Shown here one piece after another: positions 7,287 through 17,579 of a stretch of 64,000 bases of DNA (position 1 is its first letter; each line of letters starts with the position of its first letter). The notes below the pieces were generated by a model, which made no database searches, was not told the DNA's origin, and worked only from the letters and a program-made list of their open reading frames with translations. The stretch is from Acidobacteriota bacterium. Its GTDB lineage: Bacteria; Acidobacteriota; Terriglobia; Terriglobales; SCQP01. The stretch spans positions 3,252 to 67,251 of the forward strand of contig DAIDIE010000041.1 in assembly GCA_027459505.1 (NCBI GenBank), in the 5' to 3' direction. Both the position numbers and the translations under genes were made by a program.

Positions 7287-10200
7287 CCGGCGTCGGCCAA
7301 CTCGAGCGCGTCACGCAGGAGCGCGTCATTGCACTCTTCCGTGAGGAACTGCGCTACGACTACCTTGGTAATTGGAAAGATCGCGCCGGGAATAGCAATA
7401 TCGAGGAGGATCTGCTGGCACACTACCTGGAACGTGCTGGGTACAAACCCGAGCAGATCCGTGCCGCCATCTACCGGCTGCGTTCGGAGGCGGACAATCC
7501 GACCCGCAGCCTCTACGAGAATAACGAGAAGGTCTACAATCTGCTTCGCTACGGCATTCAACTGAAGACGGACGCGGGCGAGGTCTACTCGACCGTTAAG
7601 CTTGTCAACTGGGAAGAGCCGGAGGAGAACGATTTTGCCATCGCCGAGGAGGTAACGCTACGCGGCAATTCAGAACGGCGCCCCGACCTGGTGCTCTACC
7701 TGAACGGCATCGCGGTTGGCGTGATCGAGCTGAAGAACAGCCGCATCTCAATCGGCGATGGCATTCGCCAGAACCTCTCAAACCAAAGCCCAGAATTCAA
7801 CCAGTGGTTCTTTTCCACCGTGCAGATCCTCTTTGCCGGCAATGACTCCGAGGGTCTGCGTTACGGGGCCATCGGAACTCCGGAAAAGAACTACCTCAAG
7901 TGGAAGGAAGATGAGCAGGAGAACAGCCGATACAAGCTTGACAAGTACCTGCTTAAGCTCTGCAACAAGCGCCGCCTGATCGAGCTGATCCACGACTTCG
8001 TGGTTTTCGACGGCGGAATCAAGAAGCTGCCGCGCGCGCATCAGTATTTCGGCGTCAAAAATGCCCAGGCGCACGTTCGGGAACGGAAGGGCGGCATCAT
8101 CTGGCATACCCAGGGAAGCGGCAAGAGCATCGTCATGGTGATGCTCGCGAAATGGATTCTGGAGAACAACCCCAATGCCCGCGTCGCGATCATCACCGAC
8201 CGCGACGAACTCGATAAACAGATCGAGGGGGTTTTTACCGCAGCTGGGGAGGAGATCGCGCGCTCGTCGAGCGGCCTCGATCTCATGAACCAGCTTGGCC
8301 AAGCCAGGCCGCGCCTTCTTTGCTCGCTCATCCACAAATTCGGCCGACGAGACATCAAGGATGACGCATTCGACGCCTTCATCCGCGAGCTGCAATCCCA
8401 ACCCAGCAAGTCGGTGGGCGAGATCTTCGTCTTCGTGGACGAATGCCATCGCACGCAGAGCGGCAAACTGCACAGGGTGATGAGAGCGATCATGCCCAAC
8501 GCCGTCTTCATCGGCTTCACCGGCACGCCGCTGCTGCGTGACGACCGCGAGACGAGCATGGCGGTTTTCGGCGACTACATCCACACCTACAAGTTCAGTG
8601 AAGGCGTGGAAGATAAAGTCATACTCGACCTGATCTATGAAGCGCGGGATATCGACCAGCGGCTGACCTCCGAAGACAAGATCGATGCATGGTTTGAGGC
8701 CAAGACCGCCGGCCTGAACGACTGGCAAAAGGACGAACTCAAGAAGCAGTGGGGCACGATGAAGGCCGTGCTTAGCTCGCGCTCGCGGATGGATAAGGTG
8801 GTGGCGGATATCGTCTTCGACTTCAGCCTGAGGCCCCGGCTTTCAAGCGAGCGCGGCAACGCGATGCTCGTGGCAGGAAGCATTTACGAAGCCGCAAAAT
8901 ACTTCACCCTGTTTCAGAAGACGCCGCTCGGGAACAAATGTGCGCTGGTGACCTCGTACAATCCGAATGCCCAGGACGTGACCAAGGAGGAGACCGGCGC
9001 CAACACGGAAACCGATGCGCAGTTCCTCTATAAGACCTACGCAGAACTTCTCAAGGACGTACTGCCCCGGTCGGGCATGTCGAAGACGGAGGCGTACGAA
9101 GAGCGCGCCAAGGATCTTTTCGTCAACCAGCCGGCGGCCATGAAGCTGCTGATCGTGGTTGACAAGCTCCTCACCGGCTTCGACGCGCCATCGTGTACGT
9201 ACCTCTACATCGACAAGTCGATGCAAGACCACGGCCTGTTTCAGGCAATCTGCCGGACAAACCGCCTGGACGGGGATGACAAAGAATTTGGCTACATCGT
9301 GGACTACAAGGATCTGTTCAAGAAGGTGGAGAATGCGATAGCCGTTTACACCTCGGATCTGGATCGGAGCGCGCCCGGCGTGGCACCCGATGTGCTAGTT
9401 CAGGATCGCCTGAAAAAGGGCCAGGAGCAGCTCGACAACGCCCTCGAAACGCTGGAGCTGCTGTGCGAGCCGGTCGAGCCGCCGCGTGGGGAGTTGGAGC
9501 ATATCCATTACTTCTGCGGGAATACCGAGATCGCCACCGATTTGGCAGAGCGGGAGCCGCAGCGTACGGCGCTCTACAGAAGCACCACCGCATATGTGCG
9601 CGCCTACGCCAACCTCGCCGACGACCTTGACCGCGCCGGCTACAGCCCTACTGAGGTCGCCCGGTTGAAGGAACGGCTGAAACATTTTGTTAACCTTCGG
9701 GAGATCGTTCGCCGGGCAAGCGGAGAGACCCTCGACGTTAAGCCCTACGAAGCGGACATGCGCCACCTCATCGACACGTATATCGAAGCAAGCCTGCCGA
9801 GAACGATCTCGCCCTTCGAGGGAATGGGGCTGACTGAATTGATCGTGAAGACGGGGATTGCCGAAGCGATCGCCAAGCAGCCCGAGGGGCTGCGCCGCGA
9901 TAAGAACGCCGTGGCTGAGATGATCGAAAACAACGTCCGCAAGACGATCATCAAGGAACATCTGAACGATCCAGCGTATTACGAAAAAATGTCCGCGCTG
10001 TTGGACGAGATCATCACCCTGCGAAAGCGCAAAGCGATTGAGTACGAAGAATATTTGAAGAGGATCGCGGATCTGGCCAAGGGCGTGGAATCGGGCCACG
10101 ACGAAAACGCGCCAGAGGAGCTAAAGCGAAGCCCGGGCCTACGGGCGCTGTACAACAACTTGAAAGGGTCGAGGGCGGCCGCTGCCGCTGCCACCGCGAA

Positions 10201-10408
10201 TCAGCCACCCCCGTTCCCGGTATCCGAGGGCGAGGTGCTGAACTTGGCGGTAGCCATTGACGAGGCCGTCAGGAAGGTGCGACTCGACGGATGGCGGGGC
10301 GTCCAGGCGCGGGAGAACATTATCAAGCAGGAGATGCTCAAGATCTTGGGCGACACCAGTGAAGTGGAACGAATCTTTTCAATCGTGAAAGCGCAAAGGG
10401 AGTACTAG
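7283..10408 (+). CDS. hsdR: Type I restriction endonuclease subunit R (SF2 helicase-nuclease)
   Basis: Walker A HTQGSGKS and DEAH-type motif VDECHRTQ are present in a 1041-aa protein. The start overlaps the hsdS stop (ATGA). Confidence 0.95.
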   Translation: MTGVGQLERVTQERVIALFREELRYDYLGNWKDRAGNSNIEEDLLAHYLERAGYKPEQIRAAIYRLRSEADNPTRSLYENNEKVYNLLRYGIQLKTDAGEVYSTVKLVNWEEPEENDFAIAEEVTLRGNSERRPDLVLYLNGIAVGVIELKNSRISIGDGIRQNLSNQSPEFNQWFFSTVQILFAGNDSEGLRYGAIGTPEKNYLKWKEDEQENSRYKLDKYLLKLCNKRRLIELIHDFVVFDGGIKKLPRAHQYFGVKNAQAHVRERKGGIIWHTQGSGKSIVMVMLAKWILENNPNARVAIITDRDELDKQIEGVFTAAGEEIARSSSGLDLMNQLGQARPRLLCSLIHKFGRRDIKDDAFDAFIRELQSQPSKSVGEIFVFVDECHRTQSGKLHRVMRAIMPNAVFIGFTGTPLLRDDRETSMAVFGDYIHTYKFSEGVEDKVILDLIYEARDIDQRLTSEDKIDAWFEAKTAGLNDWQKDELKKQWGTMKAVLSSRSRMDKVVADIVFDFSLRPRLSSERGNAMLVAGSIYEAAKYFTLFQKTPLGNKCALVTSYNPNAQDVTKEETGANTETDAQFLYKTYAELLKDVLPRSGMSKTEAYEERAKDLFVNQPAAMKLLIVVDKLLTGFDAPSCTYLYIDKSMQDHGLFQAICRTNRLDGDDKEFGYIVDYKDLFKKVENAIAVYTSDLDRSAPGVAPDVLVQDRLKKGQEQLDNALETLELLCEPVEPPRGELEHIHYFCGNTEIATDLAEREPQRTALYRSTTAYVRAYANLADDLDRAGYSPTEVARLKERLKHFVNLREIVRRASGETLDVKPYEADMRHLIDTYIEASLPRTISPFEGMGLTELIVKTGIAEAIAKQPEGLRRDKNAVAEMIENNVRKTIIKEHLNDPAYYEKMSALLDEIITLRKRKAIEYEEYLKRIADLAKGVESGHDENAPEELKRSPGLRALYNNLKGSRAAAAAATANQPPPFPVSEGEVLNLAVAIDEAVRKVRLDGWRGVQARENIIKQEMLKILGDTSEVERIFSIVKAQREY

Positions 10409-10410
10409 CG

Positions 10411-11124
10411 ATGGAGCGCATTACGCTTGGGGATCTCACGATTGAGGTGGTCCAAAAGGGCATCAAGAACGTTCACCTGAGCGTCTACCCGCCAGCCGGC
10501 CGCGTGCGCATCTCGGCGCCGCTCCATATGCGCCCGGAAACGATCCGCCTCTTCGCCGTCTCCAAGCTTGACTGGATCAAGCGGCAGCAGCGGAAACTGC
10601 GCGAACAGGATCGCGAGTCGGAGCGCGACTACCTCGACCGCGAGAGCCATTACGTCTTTGGCCGGCGGCGCCTGCTCAAGGTCATTGAGCGGGAGGGATC
10701 CCCCCGTATTGAGATCAAGAACAGGGTACTAATCCTCCAAGCCCGTCCAGGGTCAAGCGCCGAAACGCGCGCGGCCGCCGTTGAGGAGTGGTATCGGGGA
10801 CTGCTCCGGGAGGCCGTGCCCCCACTGATCGCGCAGTGGGAGCCCGCGATTGGGGTGAAAGTAGCGCGATTCTTCGTCCAGCGGATGAAGACAAAGTGGG
10901 GTAGCTGCAACCATCGCGCCGCCACCCTACGCTTCAATACGGAACTGGCCAAAAAGCCGCCGGAATGCCTCGAATACCTGGTGGTCCACGAAATGGTCCA
11001 CATTCTGGAGCCCACCCACAACGCCCGCTTCATAGCATTGATGGACCGCCTGATGCCCCAATGGCGCCATCGCCGCGACGTGCTGAACCGTTTGCCCTTG
11101 CGGCATGAGCGGTGGGGGTATTAG
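10411..11124 (+). CDS. DUF45/YgjP-like (M48/SprT-like) zinc metallopeptidase associated with type I R-M
   Basis: HEXXH motif in VVHEMVHILEPTHNARF. The protein is 237 aa and starts 2 nt after the hsdR stop. Confidence 0.8.
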   Translation: MERITLGDLTIEVVQKGIKNVHLSVYPPAGRVRISAPLHMRPETIRLFAVSKLDWIKRQQRKLREQDRESERDYLDRESHYVFGRRRLLKVIEREGSPRIEIKNRVLILQARPGSSAETRAAAVEEWYRGLLREAVPPLIAQWEPAIGVKVARFFVQRMKTKWGSCNHRAATLRFNTELAKKPPECLEYLVVHEMVHILEPTHNARFIALMDRLMPQWRHRRDVLNRLPLRHERWGY

Positions 11125-11261
11125 CATAGCGCCCACCCCCGGAGGGCGGGGTGAGGCGATGGGCGAAAGATGGCGCTCGAAGGAACTGAGGTACGATCAT
11201 CCCAAAGCGCACAAAGCTGTTTGTCGAAAGCGCGAAGGAACGGTTGATGGCATACTAGCGG

Positions 11262-13034
11262 ATGGCGCCGAGGAATATTTACGGTGAGAAGGAGGCCGCC
11301 TCACATCCCCCAACCCAGGATGTTGCGGAGTTCCTGCGCCTCTACCAAGTTCGCGGCCACCAGATCATGTGGTTTCTTGGCGCCGGCGCATCGGCTGCAG
11401 CAGGAATACCCACGGCTTATCACCTCACGTGGGATTTTAAACGCAGCATCTATTGCGCCGAGCAGCGCATTTCTCTAAGAACTTGCCCCGATCTAGGCGA
11501 CACCACGCTGCAAGCCCGAATCCAGCAGTATTTCGACAGCAGGGGCGGCTATCCAAAGCAGGATTCGCCCGATGAATATGCCTTCTACTTTGAAGCGGCC
11601 TTTCCGAACGAAGCCGATCGGCGAAAGCTACTGGATGTTCACGTCGTGGCGGCCCGACCGTCGTTCGGGCATCTGGCCCTTGCCGGACTAATGAAGGCGG
11701 GTAAAGTCCGGGTGGTGTGGACTACGAATTTTGACCGGACTATTGAAGATGCTGCCGCACAGATGTTCCGCAACACCGGTAGCCTTGTTACCTCCACGCT
11801 CGACAGTGCGGCAATCGCGCTCGACGCTCTGAATGAGAGCCGCTGGCCTCTGCTCGGCAAGTTGCACGGTGACTTCCAATCTCGCAGGCTAAAGAACACG
11901 CCCGAGGAGCTTCGAAAGCAGGATGTTCTCTTGCGCGGCGCACTTGTTCAAGCATGCCAGCGCAGCGGTCTCGCTATCATCGGCTACAGCGGTCGGGATG
12001 CCTCGATCATGGAGGCGCTGGAGGAGGCAATGGATGAAACCAATCCCTTCCCCGCAGGCCTCTTTTGGTTCCATAGGGCAGACCAGAAGCCGCTCGATGC
12101 CGCCCGACAGTTTATGGCGAAGGCTGAGGCGAAGGGCATTGCGATGCACCTACTGGAAGTTGAAACATTCGATGAACTGATGGCGGATGTTGTGAACTTG
12201 ACTCCAGACCTCCCGCCCGAAATCTCAAGCGCCCTCGACAAGCGTGCAGAGCGTGTCTCGAATGCACCCATTTCTGCACCTGGAAAATTGTGGCCCATCA
12301 TTCGACTGAATGCATTTCCTATTTTTAGGGCGCCGACACTCTGCCGTCGCGTTGTCTGCTCAATCGGCGGTGCTAGAGAGGTCCGCGAGGCCGTGATTAG
12401 AGGAGAATCGAAGATCCTCGCCGGCAGGCGCAGCCTCGGCGTCTTGGCTTTCGGGCGCGACGAAGATGTGCGAAGCACTTTTGATGAATTCACAATTACT
12501 GAATTTGATTTTCATAACCTCGACGTCAGCCAAACGCAGAATGACCATGCAGAGCTTGGGCTTCTCTACGACGCTATCGCGCGGGCGCTTGCCCGTGCCT
12601 ATCCCCTGATTGACCATCGCAGCCGTCGCGGCCATCTTATGGTTTGTGACCCAGATCGCTCGACGGACCCAAGGCTTGGACCGCTCACTCAAGCGGTTGG
12701 CGGAATCAGCGGCAAAATCCCCGGCACGAAATTCGTATGGCGCGAAGCATTTCGCTTTAGAATCGAACACCGCCTTGGCCGCCTTTGGCTCCTCCTGGAA
12801 CCCTGCATCTGGGTTGAAGGGCTTGAATGGGGTCCGCACGACGAAACCGTGCGCGACTTCCAGCGGGAGCGCTTAGCGACTCGCTACAACAAAAATTGGA
12901 ATAGCTTACTCGACGCCTGGTCGAACTTGTTCACCGGTGTCGCGGAAGCCGCCGAAATTCGGGCGTTCGATATCCAAGATGGCGTTGACGCCGTGTTTAC
13001 GATAGGGAGGGTCACGGCATTCAGCGCGAGGTAG
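11262..13034 (+). CDS. SIR2-APAZ protein, the NADase effector partner of a short pAgo (SPARSA type)
   Basis: N-terminal SIR2_2-type motif FLGAGASAAAGIPT in a 590-aa protein. It sits 11 nt upstream of a MID-PIWI-only Argonaute. Confidence 0.8.
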   Translation: MAPRNIYGEKEAASHPPTQDVAEFLRLYQVRGHQIMWFLGAGASAAAGIPTAYHLTWDFKRSIYCAEQRISLRTCPDLGDTTLQARIQQYFDSRGGYPKQDSPDEYAFYFEAAFPNEADRRKLLDVHVVAARPSFGHLALAGLMKAGKVRVVWTTNFDRTIEDAAAQMFRNTGSLVTSTLDSAAIALDALNESRWPLLGKLHGDFQSRRLKNTPEELRKQDVLLRGALVQACQRSGLAIIGYSGRDASIMEALEEAMDETNPFPAGLFWFHRADQKPLDAARQFMAKAEAKGIAMHLLEVETFDELMADVVNLTPDLPPEISSALDKRAERVSNAPISAPGKLWPIIRLNAFPIFRAPTLCRRVVCSIGGAREVREAVIRGESKILAGRRSLGVLAFGRDEDVRSTFDEFTITEFDFHNLDVSQTQNDHAELGLLYDAIARALARAYPLIDHRSRRGHLMVCDPDRSTDPRLGPLTQAVGGISGKIPGTKFVWREAFRFRIEHRLGRLWLLLEPCIWVEGLEWGPHDETVRDFQRERLATRYNKNWNSLLDAWSNLFTGVAEAAEIRAFDIQDGVDAVFTIGRVTAFSAR

Positions 13035-13045
13035 AGGGAAAAAGC

Positions 13046-14482
13046 ATGGCCGTGGACAGCCGTCTTCCTGCGTTTTTCACTGTCGCGGAGCCCGCTCTGG
13101 CCTTTCACGCAGAGCGGGCAGCGGATCGACATGTGCACCCGTTGATCGGTCTCGTGCAGCACGGGCCATATAGCCGATCCCTTCCGCACCTAGTCATCGA
13201 TCCGATTCGCATCGCCGTCATTGCGCCACATGGCATGCTGCGCCGGGCTGAGGCACTGGTTACAGAACTGGAGTCACGGCACTCACCCCGCGAGCGTCGG
13301 CAGTATCTCGTTGAATATTTAGGTTTCTCCCGTCTATTCGGTGTTCGGGCGGTCCTCGCCGACCAGAGCGTACGGCTAGAGCTGCCTGCACAGATCGATG
13401 ATGAGTGTCGGCGTTCTTCTCAGCCTCACAAGCTCCTTGCTGAAAGGCTTACCCATGCGATCTCCGCTATTCAGGCGCACCGGACAATGTTCGATGTCGT
13501 GCTCTTGCTTCTACCAGACCGCTGGAACTCAGGCTTTTGGGGACCTGAAGGCGATGACTTCGACCTCCACCATTACCTAAAGGCAATTACCGCTGCACGT
13601 GGTATCCCTATGCAGCTCGTTCTCGATGGATCGGCGCTCCGGTACCCCTGCCGGTGTAGTGTCATGTGGCGCCTCAGCATTGCCCTCTACTCTAAGGCTG
13701 GCGGTATACCGTGGAAGCTCGCCGACGCCCCCGAGGACACGGCGTTCATCGGCTTAAGCTATGCGCTACGCTCCGGTGATGATGGCCGACCACGCTTCGT
13801 TACCTGTTGCAGCCAGGTGTTCGATGCAGATGGCGTCGGCATTGAGTTCATTGCGTACGAAAGCGGCGACGTTCACATCGAGCGTGAGAATCCGTACCTT
13901 AGCCGCGCGGACATGCGACGCGTGATGGCGAGAAGCCTTTCGCTCTATCAACGCCGACACGCAGGTCGCCCGCCACGACGCGTAGTAATTCACAAATCTA
14001 CGGAGTTCAAGCGCGATGAGGCTGACGGCTGTTTTGATGCATGGATGACGGCAGAGGGTCTTGATCTCATTCAGGTGCAGCAAGACACGATGTGGCGCGG
14101 AATTCTGCTAAGCAAGCGCCCTGGGCAGAACAAGGGCCAGCCTGAAAACTATCCTTGTGTACGTGGCACCTACGTACCCTTCGGCGGCCGTGAAGTTTTG
14201 GTGTGGACTCAAGGAAATGCGCCATCCGCGGCGACTGGCAACAATTATTACAAGGAGGGCAAGGGCATCCCTTCACCACTTCTGCTGCGCCGCTTCGCCG
14301 GCCATGGCGCCTGGGACGATAGCTGCAGCGCGGTCCTCGGGCTCTCGAAGATGAACTGGAACAATGATGGTCTATATGATCGGCTCCCGGTTACCATGGG
14401 TTATGCTCAGGTCCTCGCCCAGATCGTCAAGAGAATGCCGAGGTTGGGTACCATGCCCTACCAAGTTCGGTTCTTCATGTAA
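13046..14482 (+). CDS. Short prokaryotic Argonaute (MID-PIWI only, 478 aa)
   Basis: PIWI-type blocks are present: WRLSIALYSKAGGIPWKL, AFIGLSYAL, VVIHKSTEF, YYKEGKGIPSPLLL and GLSKMNWNN. It is too short to carry N/PAZ domains. Confidence 0.85.
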   Translation: MAVDSRLPAFFTVAEPALAFHAERAADRHVHPLIGLVQHGPYSRSLPHLVIDPIRIAVIAPHGMLRRAEALVTELESRHSPRERRQYLVEYLGFSRLFGVRAVLADQSVRLELPAQIDDECRRSSQPHKLLAERLTHAISAIQAHRTMFDVVLLLLPDRWNSGFWGPEGDDFDLHHYLKAITAARGIPMQLVLDGSALRYPCRCSVMWRLSIALYSKAGGIPWKLADAPEDTAFIGLSYALRSGDDGRPRFVTCCSQVFDADGVGIEFIAYESGDVHIERENPYLSRADMRRVMARSLSLYQRRHAGRPPRRVVIHKSTEFKRDEADGCFDAWMTAEGLDLIQVQQDTMWRGILLSKRPGQNKGQPENYPCVRGTYVPFGGREVLVWTQGNAPSAATGNNYYKEGKGIPSPLLLRRFAGHGAWDDSCSAVLGLSKMNWNNDGLYDRLPVTMGYAQVLAQIVKRMPRLGTMPYQVRFFM

Positions 14483-14532
14483 CGGCACAAGTCGGCGCTG
14501 TGGTACCAGTTCCGGCTGCAGCGGCGCCGCGC

Positions 14533-15228
14533 TCAATTGAAGTGGAAGCAGCTCCTTTCTAGATCCGAAAAAAGCACCTCCGGCACTTCAGGGCACTCGG
14601 CCCTAGCCCGAATCAACTGTGCCTCGAAAGCATTGCCAGTTTCCTTTAGAGGATCGTCGGCTGCTTGCCATTTCTGTGGATAGTAGTGCTTCAGGATCAA
14701 CAGCGTGAAGGCGAGGGGCGTAAGATTCCGCGCGATGGCCCATCTTCCGCCAGCACCGTGACCGATGTGGAAGTGCGAAGATGGATGAGAGAACTCCCTT
14801 CGATCTCTAGGAGCGCTCTCATACCGTATCGGCGCAGCGCGATTATCACTGCGTTGTTCGTTGATGAGCGTGAGGAACTCTTCATTCGTGATCATCCCCG
14901 CATCAAGAAGCTCGCGGCAGCGCTCAATATTCACTTCTGCTTCGATTGGGTCCAGAAAGGGATTGGGGTAGAACGCGTAGCGCACGTGATCATCAGCGAT
15001 GATGCTGTACTGAAAGAAAGAGAAGTCGGACAGGAGGATGTTGTAATGCTTGCATTCGAGGCCGGCAAGATACAGCTCGTTATATTGCACCTCGTCTGAG
15101 AACAACAGATTCCGAAACTCTTCATTGACCCGAAGAGGCGCAATGCTGCTGATCGTTTCGCCCATGTCGATCTCGAGGACGGCAGCCCACGACTCACGAA
15201 TCCCTCTTTGTACCTCTCTTTGATCCAT
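14533..15228 (-). CDS. Small partner protein of the SF1 helicase, DUF2290-like (family assignment from memory and context)
   Basis: The ATG at 15228 (MDQREVQ) overlaps the helicase stop by 35 nt; the track start 15282 is an alternative. Contains HPSSHFHIGHGAGGRWAI. It lies convergent to pAgo. Confidence 0.5.
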   Translation of the reverse strand: MDQREVQRGIRESWAAVLEIDMGETISSIAPLRVNEEFRNLLFSDEVQYNELYLAGLECKHYNILLSDFSFFQYSIIADDHVRYAFYPNPFLDPIEAEVNIERCRELLDAGMITNEEFLTLINEQRSDNRAAPIRYESAPRDRREFSHPSSHFHIGHGAGGRWAIARNLTPLAFTLLILKHYYPQKWQAADDPLKETGNAFEAQLIRARAECPEVPEVLFSDLERSCFHFN

Positions 15229-17338
15229 GCTTTTCCTCGACGGCAAGGATTTCGTAAATCTCGTCCTCGCTAAATCCCTCATTCTTTAGTCTTGTCGTGT
15301 ATTCATTTCGAATCTTCATGGCCTTTGCGTGGCGCTCACTCAGGTCGCGCTGAATAAGCTCGACTTCTTGCAAGTCCGGCATGGTGAATTCAAGATACGG
15401 AAATCTTGTCAACGCAGCGCGAATTTCAGCCTCGAATGCGCGAGCTCTAGCGCCAACTCCGGTCACCCGGAGCCACCCTTTAGTGCGAGTGAAAGCCGTG
15501 AACAGTTTGTTTCGGCTCGAACGCGACTGCGGCGAAATGGCGTCAATTCCGGTTGCGAATACAACGGCAGCCTCGTTACCCTTGGCCCGGTAAACCGTCG
15601 ATAGCGTTACTCGCCCAGATATGAGAAACGGCGGTTCAGTATATGGATCAGCTATGATGTTATTGGTGTCGATGCCAGCCTGTGCGAGTGCGCTCGACAA
15701 CGATGTGAAATAACCGCGAGCATTCCGGTCATCGAGGGACACCACCAGAATGTCCTCGGGATGTAGGCCGCCGGCGATGAAACGATTGATGCCATTGACA
15801 ATCCACGCCACTTCATCATCAAACGCCGCCGCGACATAGCACTCTATGATGGGTGCATCCTTCGGCGTATCGAGATGCAGAGGACTGTTCTCCTCGGGCC
15901 GGAGAATCCGAACGCTTTCCCCCGGGGTGAAGTTTCCATCTACGACATCGTAGCCCACATCATTCCAGTGGTCGGGGCTTTCGAGGAGTTGTACCACATC
16001 ACGATATATTCCGAAACCGAGCGCATGAGCAACCACGAGAACTTCACGCTGATTCCTGTAACATTTGCCAAGAACTGTGTCGTTCGTCGCTCCCGGCGGC
16101 AATTGGACTGTCGTTCTAGCTAATGAAACGCGTGCTTTGTGATCGGTGTCTGTTCCGAAGAGCTCTTCAGGGGATCGCATCGTCACGTTCAGGATGTTTT
16201 GCAGTTCGTCATAAGCCCAGATTATGGACTTCTCGTCGCTTTGTCCATTTGCAACGGCGTAACACAGCTCGTAGAAGCCCGTCGGGAAATCCTGCCCTTC
16301 GTCGATCAGCACGTGATCGTAGTAGGGGCTGACTTCAACATCCTTCAAAAGTGCACGGCAAGCGAAATCAAACGGATCAGCGCTACCGGCGGCCTGCCTC
16401 GCTTTCGCGAAATTCATCGGAACTACCGCATGTCGCCGGCATGCATCAGCATAGACGCCGGGAGTTTTTGCACCGCCCCATCCATGCCTAATGTGTATAC
16501 GATCCCAGTTCGGGTCCTCGTCTCGGTAGTGGCGATAAAATCGAGTGACAAGATTTATTAGTGAAGCACGCAGGCTTCGCGTGTAAAAAGTCACCAAGAT
16601 ATTTTGATCTGGTTGTGTCAAATGAAGGTGGGCTGCCTTCATTGCCAGAATGATGGTCTTACCAGAACCTGCCAAACCTCGGATTCGCTGTGGGCCAGGA
16701 GTGGTCACAATGGCCGCTCTCCGTTGCTGCTGATCGAAGTTCGCGATCTCCATTTCGAGGCGAGACAGCGCCACCGCGAATGGTTTCTTCGCGGGATCAT
16801 CGACCACCCGCTTCTGCGGCCGAGTCAGCGCCTTTGCCCCCTCGATGACTGAACGCGCTTCCGCAAACGCGTTATCGGCCAACGGCGCCGTGAGCGCCTG
16901 GCGATGTAGTTGCTCTCCGACGCGTTCGAAAGATGTGGCGACCTCGCTCTCAACGTCCAGCGCGGTCTGAGCGCCGCCTATGATCAACAAGAGCGGAACC
17001 ACCTTGAACGTGAGGTGTGAGCGATCCGAACGTAGGACACGACTCTTCAGGAGCCGCCCGATTAGGATGCTGCAGAACTGGCTCAATGATTCATCAAGCG
17101 TTTCGACCAGCCCATCTCGGACGATACTGAAAGCGAAGACGCCATATACACGGGAGAGTAAAAGGGAATCTGGCCTGTGGACCACGGTCTCATAGTCCGC
17201 GTAGGACGGAAAGTCGTAATACAGGACTGCATCATCGAGGTTCAGGCCCCTGGCGTTCACTTGAAGATACCGAACCAACTCGCGACCGACGGGATCTTTG
17301 CGAATCCTGTCGGTGGTGATGATGACGTCTAGCGGCAT
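15194..17338 (-). CDS. SF1 (UvrD-like) helicase with an uncharacterised N-terminal ~200-aa domain
   Basis: Walker A GLAGSGKT, motif II VLIDEGQDFP and C-terminal UvrD_C-like VYRAKGNEAAVVF...FTAFTRTKGWL are present in a 714-aa protein. Confidence 0.85.
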   Translation of the reverse strand: MPLDVIITTDRIRKDPVGRELVRYLQVNARGLNLDDAVLYYDFPSYADYETVVHRPDSLLLSRVYGVFAFSIVRDGLVETLDESLSQFCSILIGRLLKSRVLRSDRSHLTFKVVPLLLIIGGAQTALDVESEVATSFERVGEQLHRQALTAPLADNAFAEARSVIEGAKALTRPQKRVVDDPAKKPFAVALSRLEMEIANFDQQQRRAAIVTTPGPQRIRGLAGSGKTIILAMKAAHLHLTQPDQNILVTFYTRSLRASLINLVTRFYRHYRDEDPNWDRIHIRHGWGGAKTPGVYADACRRHAVVPMNFAKARQAAGSADPFDFACRALLKDVEVSPYYDHVLIDEGQDFPTGFYELCYAVANGQSDEKSIIWAYDELQNILNVTMRSPEELFGTDTDHKARVSLARTTVQLPPGATNDTVLGKCYRNQREVLVVAHALGFGIYRDVVQLLESPDHWNDVGYDVVDGNFTPGESVRILRPEENSPLHLDTPKDAPIIECYVAAAFDDEVAWIVNGINRFIAGGLHPEDILVVSLDDRNARGYFTSLSSALAQAGIDTNNIIADPYTEPPFLISGRVTLSTVYRAKGNEAAVVFATGIDAISPQSRSSRNKLFTAFTRTKGWLRVTGVGARARAFEAEIRAALTRFPYLEFTMPDLQEVELIQRDLSERHAKAMKIRNEYTTRLKNEGFSEDEIYEILAVEEKHGSKRGTKRDS

Positions 17339-17579
17339 ACAGAAAGGACCGAATGCGTGATTAAGCGGAGCGCCAAGAGCGCTGGTGTATCCAAGGCGTA
17401 ATTATCACCACGATCGCACAGGTATTGCAAGCAGTTCGCTGCTTGAGGTACGAAATCTTGCAGCCTGCATCATTGCCTGCACCGCGGGGGGCATTTCAGA
17501 CAGACGCCGAATGCCGCTGGCCTCTCCCCCGCCGACTATGATTTGGGTAGCCTATCGCGACAGGGCCCTGCCCACCGTT

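Noticed and set aside
7778-8728. 316-aa ORF antisense to hsdR
   Set aside because: This is a shadow ORF. It has no recognisable motifs and is fully nested in hsdR.
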